IMG/VR virus record: IMGVR_UViG_3300032249_000542
Location: 1-64,000 of that record
From: a virus
Length of the DNA stretch: 64,000 bases
Direction: 5' to 3' (one strand)
Shown: piece after piece, positions 36,364-46,412 of the stretch
Numbering within the stretch: the stretch's first letter is position 1
How the letters are laid out: every line of letters begins with the position of its first letter
Notes under the pieces: generated by a model
What the model was told of the DNA's origin: nothing
What the model saw: the letters and a program-made list of their open reading frames with translations, nothing else
Database searches by the model: none
Made by a program: the position numbers and the translations under genes

Positions 36364-36413
36364 TGTTGTATTTTTACAACACGCTTGACATAATTGCCGA
36401 CTTTTGATATAAT
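36364..36413 (+). promoter_or_regulatory. early sigma70 promoter with upstream palindrome
   Basis: TGTTGT-N6-ACAACA; TTGACA-17-TATAAT. Confidence 0.85.
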
Positions 36414-36445
36414 GATTGTATTGAGTGAGAAATAAAGGACTTATT

Positions 36446-37195
36446 ATGAAATTACTATCTACTGGTAACCCCAAGACCCTTAAAGGTTTGGCAACAGGTT
36501 ACAATACCTACATTTTACACCTTGCACCTGCAAACCTTTCGGGTTTTGAGACTTGTCCAAAACGCACCGAAGGTTGTACTGCTGCTTGCTTGAATACAGC
36601 AGGTCGTGGCGGTATGTTCAAAAAAGGTGAAACAACCAATGTGATCCAAAAGGCACGAATTCGTAAAACCCGCATGTTCTTTGAGGACCGTGTTTCCTTT
36701 ATGAATTTGTTGGTCAAAGATATTGAGTTAGCAATTAAACAATCTGCTAAACTTAATTTAACTCCTGTATTCCGTTTGAACGGTACCTCCGATATCGCTT
36801 TCGAAAAATACGAGGTTCTCCGTAACGGTCAATCATACACAAATATTTTCTTTGCTTTCCCAGAAGTGATTTTTTACGATTACACCAAAATCCTTGGTCG
36901 TAAAATAAGTTTCATTCCTAACTATTCGTTGACATTCTCTGCTGCTGACGGCAATGATGCTGACGTACAAAAAGCAATAGCACAAGGTTACAATGTTGCT
37001 ACAGTTTTCGGTTTAAAGAAAACAGAAGCAATGCCTGAAACTTATCTTGGTCGTCCAGTATTTAACGGTGACGAATCCGACTTGCGTTTCCTAGATCCTA
37101 AAGGTGTTGTTGTTGGTTTGTATGCAAAAGGTCGTGCGAAAAAAGACACTTCAGGTTTTGTGAAATTTCCTACAATTATGTTGAAGGCTGCTTAA
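36446..37195 (+). CDS. GP88-like protein
   Basis: CP....GC...CL, RLNGTSD, FYDYTK, GDESDLRFLD. Confidence 0.7.
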   Translation: MKLLSTGNPKTLKGLATGYNTYILHLAPANLSGFETCPKRTEGCTAACLNTAGRGGMFKKGETTNVIQKARIRKTRMFFEDRVSFMNLLVKDIELAIKQSAKLNLTPVFRLNGTSDIAFEKYEVLRNGQSYTNIFFAFPEVIFYDYTKILGRKISFIPNYSLTFSAADGNDADVQKAIAQGYNVATVFGLKKTEAMPETYLGRPVFNGDESDLRFLDPKGVVVGLYAKGRAKKDTSGFVKFPTIMLKAA

Positions 37196-37332
37196 CATGT
37201 TAATTGATTTTACCGATGATGAATTAGATTTAATTTATGATTGTTTGAGTGAACGGAGTAAATTCTCAGATGATGAAAATGAATCAGAATTGATTGATAG
37301 TATTCAAGATAAAATGTGGAAGGCATCAAAAA

Positions 37333-37551
37333 ATGCAGAATCTTAATTTGCTCGACTTTAAATCACCCCCAGAGTTTGCTTCTATATTCAAGCATATCCC
37401 AATTGAGAAATATACACCTGAAACAAAAAAACTAATTCGTGAAATTGTTGGTCGTAAGGTGTATTTTAAATTCCGTGGTCCTCGGTATTACAAAGACCAT
37501 TGTCTTAAACGTCATGCGGTAAAGTTTGACGTTTACCCAAGGAACTATTGA
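37333..37551 (+). CDS. hypothetical protein
   Basis: FRGPR motif. Confidence 0.5.
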   Translation: MQNLNLLDFKSPPEFASIFKHIPIEKYTPETKKLIREIVGRKVYFKFRGPRYYKDHCLKRHAVKFDVYPRNY

Positions 37552-37628
37552 TTCTTACCAATAATACCTTGACAAATAACCTGAAGTATGTTACATTATA
37601 ATCTCACTAACTGAATGGAGTTTTAATT

Positions 37629-38066
37629 ATGGCTTATGTTAAACGTGATCCTTCTTGGGAAACTAAACGTAAAGATGCTCGGCGCCACGAGCTTATTCTG
37701 CAAGTCCTAGTAAATGGTGGTGTTGTTACTAAGGATGAAATTGAGCAGACCACACAATACGAAGCAATGTATCGTTTGTCTGCTGTTATGTGGTGGTTAA
37801 AACGTCACGGTGCTGTTATCCGTGTTCACAAAGATGGTCGTAAGGTTGTAGGTTACGAATTGATGAATGTTGCAGATATGACCAAGATGCTTGATGCCCG
37901 TGGTCTCGCAGCAATACCAATCAAAGGTAAGGCCAAGACCAAAACTAAAGCTGTTGCAAAATCTAAGCCTGTTGTTTCAATGAACGAATTGAAAGCAGAG
38001 GCTACTGAAATTACAGCACCTGTTGTTCAACCTGAAGTTCTCGAAGTGACAGAAATTACCGAATGA
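37629..38066 (+). CDS. putative DNA-binding (winged-helix-like) protein
   Basis: GGAG RBS; YRLSA...I...KDGRKV.GYEL.N; fold is inferred. Confidence 0.55.
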   Translation: MAYVKRDPSWETKRKDARRHELILQVLVNGGVVTKDEIEQTTQYEAMYRLSAVMWWLKRHGAVIRVHKDGRKVVGYELMNVADMTKMLDARGLAAIPIKGKAKTKTKAVAKSKPVVSMNELKAEATEITAPVVQPEVLEVTEITE

Positions 38067-38779
38067 AGCGTCTCCTGCCCTTAGCGGCTTTTCTACTTTC
38101 TAGTGCCCATGCAACAACGGGTACTGGAGAGTATTTTTATGGACCAGACACATCCGAAAATATTGCTTGTCAAGTTGCGGAAGACTTTGCACGTACCGAT
38201 GCGATAAGAAATTTTCTTGGAGAGACTTTCGAATCCTCTACAAGTGAGCAATGTTTTAATACCGAATGTTTTCTTTCACAAGACACCAGTAGCAGTATCA
38301 TTGGTTCTATAAAGAAGGTCAATAAAAAGGAAGTGACAAAATCTACTGCCGATGGTAAAATGATTTGTACAGTTACCTTGGATGCTGACGTTGAAAAACT
38401 TGAGAATGATATTTACTTCAATGTTTGGACTGAACAACCAACTTTCCGTCATGGTGACGAAGTGAATTTTTATGCCATGACAAATAGGGCAGGGATGATA
38501 ACTGTTTTCAATTACTACGATAAAAAGTTTAATAAAATCTTGACCAAAAAGGTTACTGACTTTAAAGATGAATTTCCTATCCTAGGTAAGAATCAAGTTA
38601 TGGTTGCACAAGTACCTAAAGATAAGAAGGTATCGAACGAAAGGTTGGTATTCATCTTTACGGAACTTGACACAGAAACAAAATCGGTGTATACTGATTA
38701 TGAAATGCAGAAATTTTTAAAGACTCTGCCGATTACTAAACGGCGAATCATTTACAAAGTTGCACAAATCGTGAGGTGA
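38063..38779 (+). CDS. secreted/periplasmic protein
   Basis: Signal peptide; Cys pairs. Confidence 0.65.
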   Translation: MKRLLPLAAFLLSSAHATTGTGEYFYGPDTSENIACQVAEDFARTDAIRNFLGETFESSTSEQCFNTECFLSQDTSSSIIGSIKKVNKKEVTKSTADGKMICTVTLDADVEKLENDIYFNVWTEQPTFRHGDEVNFYAMTNRAGMITVFNYYDKKFNKILTKKVTDFKDEFPILGKNQVMVAQVPKDKKVSNERLVFIFTELDTETKSVYTDYEMQKFLKTLPITKRRIIYKVAQIVR

Positions 38780-38781
38780 TT

Positions 38782-38907
38782 ATGAAATATATTATGTTAA
38801 TATTATGTACCCTTATTACAGCATGTGGTACAGTTGGTGGCGCATTACAAGGCGCTAGTGAGGACCTTAACAAGGCCGGTGGTTATATTCGTGAAGCGGG
38901 GAAATAA
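38782..38907 (+). CDS. entericidin-like small lipoprotein (41 aa)
   Basis: GAGG RBS; ITAC lipobox then GTVGG...G..EDL..AG. Confidence 0.6.
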   Translation: MKYIMLILCTLITACGTVGGALQGASEDLNKAGGYIREAGK

Positions 38908-39513
38908 ATGAAAAAGTTACTATTGATTCCAATCGTGCTTGCAATGACAGCATGTAGTACAGGTGGTGTTAAGTATAGTTCGGGTGTAGAAATTAAAGGT
39001 CCTGAGTTTGGTGGCGGTAGTCAGCAAGCCGAAGTAAAGTATCCAGATTGGTTTACAGCGCAACCTGAGAAAGGTGATGATGCTCTTTATGGTGTTTCTT
39101 CGGAATACTCTAAAGATTTTCAGTTTGCTGTTGACAAAGCGATGCTGTCTGCCAAACGTGAATTGGCAACCAACTTTTCGTCACATATCGAATCGATGAT
39201 GAAAGATTATGTTGCCGAAATCGGTGAAGCAGATCAATCTACCATTCAAGAAATTAACCGTACAACTAAACTGGTTGTGAGTCGTGTAAATCTAATCGGT
39301 GTGCAACGTACTGGTTACAAAGTAGTGCATGAGAAAGATGGTTATCGTGCATTTGTCAAACTCCGTTATGCAGCTGACCAATCTAACAAACTGTTGGTAT
39401 CTGAAATCAGAAAGAATAGAAAACTAAATGCTAAACTCGAATCTTCAAAAGCTTTCCGAGAGTTGGAACAAAGTATTGATGCTATTAACGAAGGCAAGCC
39501 AGTGGGTAACTAA
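38908..39513 (+). CDS. lipoprotein (LPP20-like)
   Basis: MTAC lipobox; PDWF; A.DKA...AKRELA. Confidence 0.75.
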   Translation: MKKLLLIPIVLAMTACSTGGVKYSSGVEIKGPEFGGGSQQAEVKYPDWFTAQPEKGDDALYGVSSEYSKDFQFAVDKAMLSAKRELATNFSSHIESMMKDYVAEIGEADQSTIQEINRTTKLVVSRVNLIGVQRTGYKVVHEKDGYRAFVKLRYAADQSNKLLVSEIRKNRKLNAKLESSKAFRELEQSIDAINEGKPVGN

Positions 39514-39832
39514 TCTTATCACCGGCATATCAGAAAAAGATAAATGGTTCTGGTATAAACTGTGGTTGGTGATTATGATACTTGCTCTTGCCGCAGGTGC
39601 TAAAGGTCTGTTCCAAATGATTGGTTTATTTTATGTGATGTATCATGTTACGAAACTTTCTTAAATATTGTAAGTACAGCGGGTTGTCAATTACAATCCT
39701 CTGTAACTTTTTTCATTGGGGTATAATTCCTCGATACTATACAGTTAATGATGAATGGGATACGTACAAAACGCATCGATTCTCTTTTCTGTTTATTGGT
39801 ATTTCTTTTTGGATTGACAACGGAGATTGGTA

Positions 39833-40156
39833 ATGAAATATTATGATGAAATGATGGCGTTGGAAACTAAGTTGATTGAAATGGAAACCGCACTTGCAGG
39901 GTTTCGTGGTTTTGTTAATGGTGCTGTGCAATTAGATCAGGAATGTTTGCAAAATGCGCTTTACTTTTTCGATGAATCCCTGCATAATATACATGGTGCT
40001 TGCAATTCTAAGTGGACTGAATTGTGGTCAGCAATAGGAAGTGATGTTACCCCTACTCTGCAACCAGTTCTTCCAGGAGGAGGTGGTGGTGGACATGACT
40101 ATGGTGCCGTTGGTATGGAAAAGAAACGTAGAGTTACCGATAAAACTTTAGACTAA
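39833..40156 (+). CDS. hypothetical protein
   Basis: GGAG RBS. Confidence 0.55.
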   Translation: MKYYDEMMALETKLIEMETALAGFRGFVNGAVQLDQECLQNALYFFDESLHNIHGACNSKWTELWSAIGSDVTPTLQPVLPGGGGGGHDYGAVGMEKKRRVTDKTLD

Positions 40157-40725
40157 TGAATATTTTTTACCTAGATCATGATGTACGAAAATGTGCAGAA
40201 ATGCATAACGACAAACATTGCGTAAAGATGATTCTCGAATATGCTCAACTTCTCTCTACTACTCATCGTATTCTTGATGGTGTTCTTTCTATTGGTGTCA
40301 GTCCATCTGGCAGGAAGAAAACTGTATATGTGCTTGCCGATCAGCGTGATACCATTCTTTACTCTGCTACTCACGTTAATCATCCGTCTGCTGTATGGGT
40401 AAGACAGTCAGATAAGAACTATGATTGGCTATTTGCTTTGTTTCAAGCATTGATGGACGAATATACATATCGTTATGGTAAAATACATGCGTGTTCAAAA
40501 TTAGAAATTGGACTTGCTCGAATACCCGAGAATATTCCACAAGCACCATTTACTGAACCAACACCTGCAATGCCCGATACTTGCAAAGTGAAAAATGATT
40601 CGATTTCTTCATATCGAAACTACTATATAATGAATAAGACGCATCTAGCAAACTGGAAAAATCGTCCTATCCCTGAATGGTACAATGACAATACTCCGAG
40701 AATCTACGAACCTCAAGCATCGTGA
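40156..40725 (+). CDS. pyrimidine-dimer-glycosylase-like protein
   Basis: MNIFYLD...DKH.VKMILE.AQLLST...H.NHP...EY..RYGK.H. Confidence 0.65.
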   Translation: MNIFYLDHDVRKCAEMHNDKHCVKMILEYAQLLSTTHRILDGVLSIGVSPSGRKKTVYVLADQRDTILYSATHVNHPSAVWVRQSDKNYDWLFALFQALMDEYTYRYGKIHACSKLEIGLARIPENIPQAPFTEPTPAMPDTCKVKNDSISSYRNYYIMNKTHLANWKNRPIPEWYNDNTPRIYEPQAS

Positions 40726-41227
40726 AGTAGAGCAAACTAAGTTTGTTCAATATCTTTTGAGTGGAAACATAGTCGAGAAGGATTATGTTTCCTTTCTTTT
40801 TGAATTCCGAACAATCTATGAAGTTATAGAACGATTAAATCATAAGTATGGATATCTGGAAGGATTAGAAGGAATCGAACGTGCTGAATCAATACATGAT
40901 GACTTGTTTGAATTAAACGATAGTTATTTCAGACCATTACTACCTTCTACAATAAAATATCTAGACCGTTTGAATGAATTGTCTGAAGATGAATCAAAGA
41001 GAAATTTATTATTTGCCCATGTATATGTTCGACACATGGGAGACCTTTATGGAGGAAAATTAATTGCTCGCCTTATCCCTGGTTCTGGTCGCATGTATCA
41101 GTTTGATGATCGTCCTAGATTAATCAAATCATTTAATGAAAAACTTACAATGGATTTAGCTGATGAAGCGAATCTAGCATTTGATTATTACATATCAATA
41201 TTTGACGAACTATATGCCAACTTATAA
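40685..41227 (+). CDS. heme oxygenase
   Basis: LRE.T...H...E; AHVYVRHMGDLYGG; EA..AF. Confidence 0.88.
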   Translation: MTILRESTNLKHREVEQTKFVQYLLSGNIVEKDYVSFLFEFRTIYEVIERLNHKYGYLEGLEGIERAESIHDDLFELNDSYFRPLLPSTIKYLDRLNELSEDESKRNLLFAHVYVRHMGDLYGGKLIARLIPGSGRMYQFDDRPRLIKSFNEKLTMDLADEANLAFDYYISIFDELYANL

Positions 41228-41519
41228 TTTTTATGATTCTGAATTAGATGAAGAATTTGAAATGTTCATGAAGATATCTGAACGTGAAGAATATCTAAAA
41301 GAGAATCCACACATCAAACCGGTCGTATCAGCACCATCATTAATTTCTGGTACAACTGTCATTAATAAAGTTCCTGAAGGGTTTAAAGAAGTTCTATCTA
41401 GGGTTGCCGAAGCACATCCAGAAAGTGCAGTCGCTGATCGTTATGGGAAAAGATCAATCAAGAATATAAGAACTAAAAATATTGTCAATCGTCATTACGA
41501 AAAAGCAAAAAAGAATTGA
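41214..41519 (+). CDS. conserved T4-like protein (MPTY family)
   Basis: MPTYNF...GFKEVLSR. Confidence 0.65.
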   Translation: MPTYNFYDSELDEEFEMFMKISEREEYLKENPHIKPVVSAPSLISGTTVINKVPEGFKEVLSRVAEAHPESAVADRYGKRSIKNIRTKNIVNRHYEKAKKN

Positions 41520-41565
41520 GTAGTATTATATAATGCTAACCTGCTGTTGTATATAAGGAGCATTT

Positions 41566-42327
41566 ATGGCACGTAAAGCGGCACTAAAACAGGTTTACAG
41601 TAGTGAAGAATCGTTGGACTTTTCAAAACCAACTAATCGTTTGAAGTTAAGATTAGATGATATGAAAACATTCCAACCACTAACTGAGAACCAGAATAAA
41701 TTTTTTCAAGCATATAAACAAGGAGATTACTTTATAGCATTACATGGTGTTGCTGGAACAGGTAAAACATTTTCAGCATTATATAAAGCCATCGAAGAAG
41801 TGTTGGATAAAAGTAACAATTTTGAGAAAATTATTGTCGTGCGCTCCGCAGTACAATCAAGGGAAATAGGTCATCTACCTGGTAGCGTAGATGAGAAGAT
41901 GGAAATCTATCAGCAACCATATCGTCAAATATGCGAAACACTTTTTGGTCGCAAAGATGCATGGGATAGATTAGAAGAACAAGGTCACATTGAATTCATT
42001 TCAACATCATTCATTCGTGGTATGTCATTTGACAATGCAATTATTATTGTTGACGAAATGCAGAATATGACCTTTGAAGAAATTGATACGGTAATGACTA
42101 GGGTAGGTAATCAATCAAAGATTATCTGGTGTGGTGATTACAGACAGACTGATTTGAACAAAAAGAAAAACGATGTCTCAGGTTTATTGAAATTCTTTGA
42201 TATTGCATACCACATGGATGCATTCACTAGAATCGAATTTACACCAGATGATATTGTCCGTTCAAGTTTGGTCAAAGACTATATTTTAGCAAAATTGAAG
42301 TTTGAGGATCTTTCAGAAAAGACATAA
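41566..42327 (+). CDS. phoH: PhoH-family ATPase
   Basis: GVAGTGKT, GHLPG, RGMSF, DEMQN, GDYRQ.D, DIVRS. Confidence 0.93.
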   Translation: MARKAALKQVYSSEESLDFSKPTNRLKLRLDDMKTFQPLTENQNKFFQAYKQGDYFIALHGVAGTGKTFSALYKAIEEVLDKSNNFEKIIVVRSAVQSREIGHLPGSVDEKMEIYQQPYRQICETLFGRKDAWDRLEEQGHIEFISTSFIRGMSFDNAIIIVDEMQNMTFEEIDTVMTRVGNQSKIIWCGDYRQTDLNKKKNDVSGLLKFFDIAYHMDAFTRIEFTPDDIVRSSLVKDYILAKLKFEDLSEKT

Positions 42328-43010
42328 TGAAAATATTTAATCATGTTACTGTAGACGGTTTAGGATATAAACTTAAACAGATTAATGAATCAACGGGTAG
42401 ACGGTATCAAACACCAGAAGGAAACCTCTACCCGTCAATAACTACAGTTTTAAGTAGTTATAATAAACAAGGGTTGATGGAATGGCGTGCTAGAGTTGGT
42501 GCTGAAGAAGCGAACAGGATATCAACCAAGGCATCCAATCGTGGAACTAAGGTACATGATACAATAGAAAAATATCTATTGAATGATTTGAGTGACATGA
42601 AACTCAATTCATTGATGCCTGACATAAAAGAAATGTTCATCAAGATTCGTCCTTACTTGGATAAACACGTTGGGATGATTTATGGAATAGAACAACCTTT
42701 GTATAGTGATGCATTGAAAATTTCTGGTACATGTGATTGCATTGGCGAATGGGATGGTGTGTTATCTATCATCGATTGGAAAACATCAAATTATCAGAAA
42801 GAAGAAAGTTATATCGGAAACTATTTTATGCAAACTTCGGCGTATGCTGAAATGTTTGAAGAAAGAACAGGTATATCGATTAATCAAGTGGTAGTTGCAA
42901 TAGCGGTAGAGAATGAGGAACCTCAGATATTCATAAAGAAAAAGAATGATTATCTAGAGGAATTGAAACGGTACATTGATAAATATCACTTGACTAATCA
43001 AGCAAGTTGA
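42327..43010 (+). CDS. PD-(D/E)xK exonuclease
   Basis: YPSITTVL, RGT.VH, GTCD, IDWKTS, Q.SAYA. Confidence 0.85.
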   Translation: MKIFNHVTVDGLGYKLKQINESTGRRYQTPEGNLYPSITTVLSSYNKQGLMEWRARVGAEEANRISTKASNRGTKVHDTIEKYLLNDLSDMKLNSLMPDIKEMFIKIRPYLDKHVGMIYGIEQPLYSDALKISGTCDCIGEWDGVLSIIDWKTSNYQKEESYIGNYFMQTSAYAEMFEERTGISINQVVVAIAVENEEPQIFIKKKNDYLEELKRYIDKYHLTNQAS

Positions 43011-43179
43011 TATATAATATGAGTCTAATTGGAGATTATTATGAATGAAGAAAAGAAAGAACGTGACTATAGCAAGATGACCAAGGGCGATTACTATTGG
43101 GATAAGTTTATGAGTGTTATGTGGTTATTATTCATTGTCTCAATCGTCTCTGGTGGCTTCTATAGGTAAAGAATTGTTG

Positions 43180-43439
43180 TAACCCCTTCAAAGCGAAGGC
43201 ATGTTGGACGAGGGTTCGATTCCCTCCATCTCCACCAGAAGCATATTGTGTAGTGTGTTTCTGATGGGGATGACCTGGTTTCGACAGCGTGAGATAGTGG
43301 AGACGGCAACACGGTAGGCGATGACCGTTAATCAAGCAAAACTACAAATGCAAATGACGCATTTTATGGTGAAGATCGCCTAGCAGCGTAACTCACTTGG
43401 GGTTTCGGGAGTGTCCTTATTAACCAATCACTCCCACCA
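43180..43439 (+). ncRNA. ssrA: circularly permuted (two-piece) tmRNA
   Basis: T-arm and CATCTCCACCA end at 43237; GGGGATG starts at 43266 and pairs with it, giving G3:U70; tag ANDAFYGEDRLAA* at 43350-43391; outer ends approximate. Confidence 0.9.
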
Positions 43440-43452
43440 AATTCTATATATT

Positions 43453-44136
43453 ATGAAAATCTATAAATCAAATTATCGTAATCATTGGGTTTCTCCATAC
43501 GTTATACTGGAGAAGGTTTTCTTTTGGCGTGAAATTGATTACGATGAACCACTTATCAAAAAACTTTCCGATTTTCTCGATCCGTTTTCCGTAGCATGGC
43601 TAAAGTTTCTTGACTTTGTACATCCACGTATCAACTATGTGAAGATTGACCGTTATGATACATGGTCAATGGATTCTACATTAGCTGATATCATTCTACC
43701 GATGCTGAAGCAGATGAAAGCAACAAAGCATGGTTCACCAACGGTTGATGATGATGATTTGCCAGAAGAACTGCGTGTTGTTGCACACAAAGATTGGTCG
43801 CAACAACTTGCATTTGAATTTGATGACCATGAACAATACGAAAAGGATTCGTGGGATTTGCAACATCGTCGTTGGGAATGGGTTCTCGATGAGATGATTT
43901 TTGCCTTTGAACACTATGTTGATGATACATGGGAAGAAGCATTCCGTTCAGGTGAACATGATATGATACATGTGCCATGCGAATGGTATGAAGATGGCAG
44001 ACCCAAACTTTACTCAATTGAAAAAGGACCGAACGATACCTACGTATGCGACTATGAAGGTATGAATAAAGTATACAAACGAATGGAGAATGGATTCTGT
44101 TTGTTTGGTAAGTATTACAGAGGACTGTGGGACTAA
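43453..44136 (+). CDS. conserved phage hypothetical protein
   Basis: DTWSMD.TLA.II.PML...FGKYY..LWD. Confidence 0.75.
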   Translation: MKIYKSNYRNHWVSPYVILEKVFFWREIDYDEPLIKKLSDFLDPFSVAWLKFLDFVHPRINYVKIDRYDTWSMDSTLADIILPMLKQMKATKHGSPTVDDDDLPEELRVVAHKDWSQQLAFEFDDHEQYEKDSWDLQHRRWEWVLDEMIFAFEHYVDDTWEEAFRSGEHDMIHVPCEWYEDGRPKLYSIEKGPNDTYVCDYEGMNKVYKRMENGFCLFGKYYRGLWD

Positions 44137-44206
44137 GTAAAAAAATGACTAAATAAGATACTGGCATCACACACAAACCGCCAGTATTACACACACAGGA
44201 GTAACT

Positions 44207-44479
44207 ATGAGTAACTTGACACCGTTCGAGATTCGTCTTGAATTATTGAAAATGGCAAGAGATATGCTTTCCGAAGATTATCACGGAAAGTGTCAACAAG
44301 TAAGCAGCGATTGGTCAGTTAAAGTCGATACTGCTAAAATAAACGGCGGTCAGATTCCAGACCATCCCGTGTTCCCACCATACCCCCCAGAAGCAGATAT
44401 CATCGCAAAGGCACAAGCCTTGAATGGTTTCGTTTCTAACATTTCAGTAGATAAACCCAAAGCAAAATCATCTACCTGA
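44207..44479 (+). CDS. conserved T4-like hypothetical protein
   Basis: AGGAG RBS; PFEIRLELLKMA. Confidence 0.7.
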   Translation: MSNLTPFEIRLELLKMARDMLSEDYHGKCQQVSSDWSVKVDTAKINGGQIPDHPVFPPYPPEADIIAKAQALNGFVSNISVDKPKAKSST

Positions 44480-44526
44480 CGGGACCAGAGGTGCTTCGGC
44501 GCCTCTCTAACTAACAAGGAGAAATA

Positions 44527-45105
44527 ATGCGAAATCAATTCGTATCCAACTTTTTTGTATTAAGCATAGTTGTAATTGTATTGACTATGATATCAATGGT
44601 GGAATTAAATTCCCATCCAATGAGAAATGCATCTGTGGCCGGTGCAAACATTAAACTTTATAATTTAACGCAAGACGCACGACATGAAATTGCTTGCCTT
44701 GCAGAAAACATTTATTTTGAGGCAGCACACGAACCTGAAGAAGGTCAAATCGCTGTCGCATTTGTTACCATGAATAGAGTTAATAGTGGTAAATTCGCTA
44801 ACTCAATTTGTGGTGTAGTAAAACAGAAGATAGGTAGTACATGTCAATTTTCTTGGTGGTGCGAAAGTAAACCTTACGCTATGTCAACCTCTAATGCATT
44901 GACAAAAACTAACAATTCGTTGTATAATAGAATTGTAGATTTATCAGTTAATTTTTATTTGAATCATGACCAAATGAAAGATCCATCGAGAGGAGCTTTG
45001 TACTATCATGCAGATTATGTCAACCCTGGCTGGAAACTACCAAAGAATACGCAAATTGGTAGACACATTTTTTACGGAGAAAGAGATGGTAAAAGACGCA
45101 CCTAA
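44527..45105 (+). CDS. SleB-like cell wall hydrolase
   Basis: CLAENIYFEA, V.MNRV, CQFSW, YYHADYV.P.W, IGRHIFY. Confidence 0.9.
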   Translation: MRNQFVSNFFVLSIVVIVLTMISMVELNSHPMRNASVAGANIKLYNLTQDARHEIACLAENIYFEAAHEPEEGQIAVAFVTMNRVNSGKFANSICGVVKQKIGSTCQFSWWCESKPYAMSTSNALTKTNNSLYNRIVDLSVNFYLNHDQMKDPSRGALYYHADYVNPGWKLPKNTQIGRHIFYGERDGKRRT

Positions 45106-45364
45106 ACCTAAGACAGACACTAGTGGTCATATTAGGCAAAACACTATTTTAACTGTGAGTTTAACCTTGGTTTTACTTGCTTTTATTTTTGCAATAGTGT
45201 ATTATAAGTCTATGGATAGAAGATTGATGGCAGCAAATATTGAGGCAGCAATTGCAAAGAATATTGACCCGTTAGCGGTTCGTTGTTCATATGCAAACGG
45301 TGATGATAATATTTGTGTAGCCTATGCAATTTCTAACAAGTCAATTGACGCACCAAAACGATAA
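45086..45364 (+). CDS. membrane protein
   Basis: Single TM; IDPLAVRC. Confidence 0.6.
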   Translation: MVKDAPKPKTDTSGHIRQNTILTVSLTLVLLAFIFAIVYYKSMDRRLMAANIEAAIAKNIDPLAVRCSYANGDDNICVAYAISNKSIDAPKR

Positions 45365-45379
45365 AAGGAGAACTACATT

Positions 45380-45652
45380 ATGGCAGTAACTCAAATGAGT
45401 GTAAACAAATTGAGCAATCCTGCGGATCGTGATAAACTTTTGAAAGTGATCCGCACTTGTTCTGATTCTATGGCAAGAATGGATGCAGAGAAGGATTTGA
45501 TTCGTGAGGAAATTGCAGAGATTTCCAAAACGCTTGAAATACCAAAGAAGTTGGTAAGTAGGATGGTTAAAGTTTACCATAAACAAAACTATGATGAAGA
45601 AGTAACAACCCATGAACAATTTGAACAACTTTATGAAACGGTGGTGAAATAA
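45380..45652 (+). CDS. dsbA: T4-like dsDNA-binding protein
   Basis: Size, synteny with 33/59/32, VYHKQ...FE.LY. Confidence 0.75.
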   Translation: MAVTQMSVNKLSNPADRDKLLKVIRTCSDSMARMDAEKDLIREEIAEISKTLEIPKKLVSRMVKVYHKQNYDEEVTTHEQFEQLYETVVK

Positions 45653-46188
45653 TGAATACAATAGGCAGATATCAAGATGATGAACGTGGTCAGTATAATT
45701 TTAATTTTAGTGACAATGATGGTAAGCATATAAGTGTATCTTTTCGTGCTGAACCTGACTGGGATTTAAATGTAGTCTTTCAAGAGTTTCGAAACTTTTT
45801 GATTGCATCAGGTCATGATGTTGAAGGTGAAGTTGGTGAAATACATGCGTATGATGAATCAGATGAAGATGATAATTCAATGGAACAAAGTTGGGAAGAT
45901 GATTCTGATGAAGATCACGTAATTACACAAGCACAATCGGCAGATATATTTTCGATGGATCATTTGCCCAACAACGGATGGCCGTTCGGTGGTTTGACTA
46001 CATCACCACTACCTGCACTTAGTTCGCAATCATTTAATCAATTTCCAACAATGGCACCATTGACCTCACAACAAGTTCAATCGTGGAGTTTATCATCCGA
46101 TCAAATTCAAGCATTGACTACTGCTGATCTTTCAATGTGGCGAGTTGATGCTCCTGGGACAATCGGTGGAGCAAAGGTTACTTTCTAA
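45652..46188 (+). CDS. acidic hypothetical protein
   Basis: TAATG coupling; F..FL.A.G motif. Confidence 0.6.
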   Translation: MNTIGRYQDDERGQYNFNFSDNDGKHISVSFRAEPDWDLNVVFQEFRNFLIASGHDVEGEVGEIHAYDESDEDDNSMEQSWEDDSDEDHVITQAQSADIFSMDHLPNNGWPFGGLTTSPLPALSSQSFNQFPTMAPLTSQQVQSWSLSSDQIQALTTADLSMWRVDAPGTIGGAKVTF

Positions 46189-46190
46189 CA

Positions 46191-46412
46191 ATGCCCACTA
46201 AAGATGAGATGATGAAGTTTGCACGCTCGATAGATGAGATAGTTTCTAAAACAGACTATAACTATATTGAAGCAATTGTAGAACATTGCAAAGTTACTGG
46301 CATGGAGATTGAGGTTGCTGCTACATTAGTCAATCAAAATCTTAAAGCTAAAATAGAAAACAATGCAATGGACTTAAACTTGTTACCTAAATCTAATAGA
46401 CTTCCAATATGA
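46191..46412 (+). CDS. 33: late transcription coactivator gp33
   Basis: YIEAIV..C....E.E...LK.KIE..A..LN.L. Confidence 0.85.
   Translation: MPTKDEMMKFARSIDEIVSKTDYNYIEAIVEHCKVTGMEIEVAATLVNQNLKAKIENNAMDLNLLPKSNRLPI

Noticed and set aside
42327-43010. Cas4/CRISPR function for the exonuclease
   Set aside because: A routine T4-like PD-(D/E)xK exonuclease next to phoH; lacks the four-Cys cluster and there is no array.
43132-43335. Minus-strand 67-aa ORF
   Set aside because: Antisense to the tmRNA.
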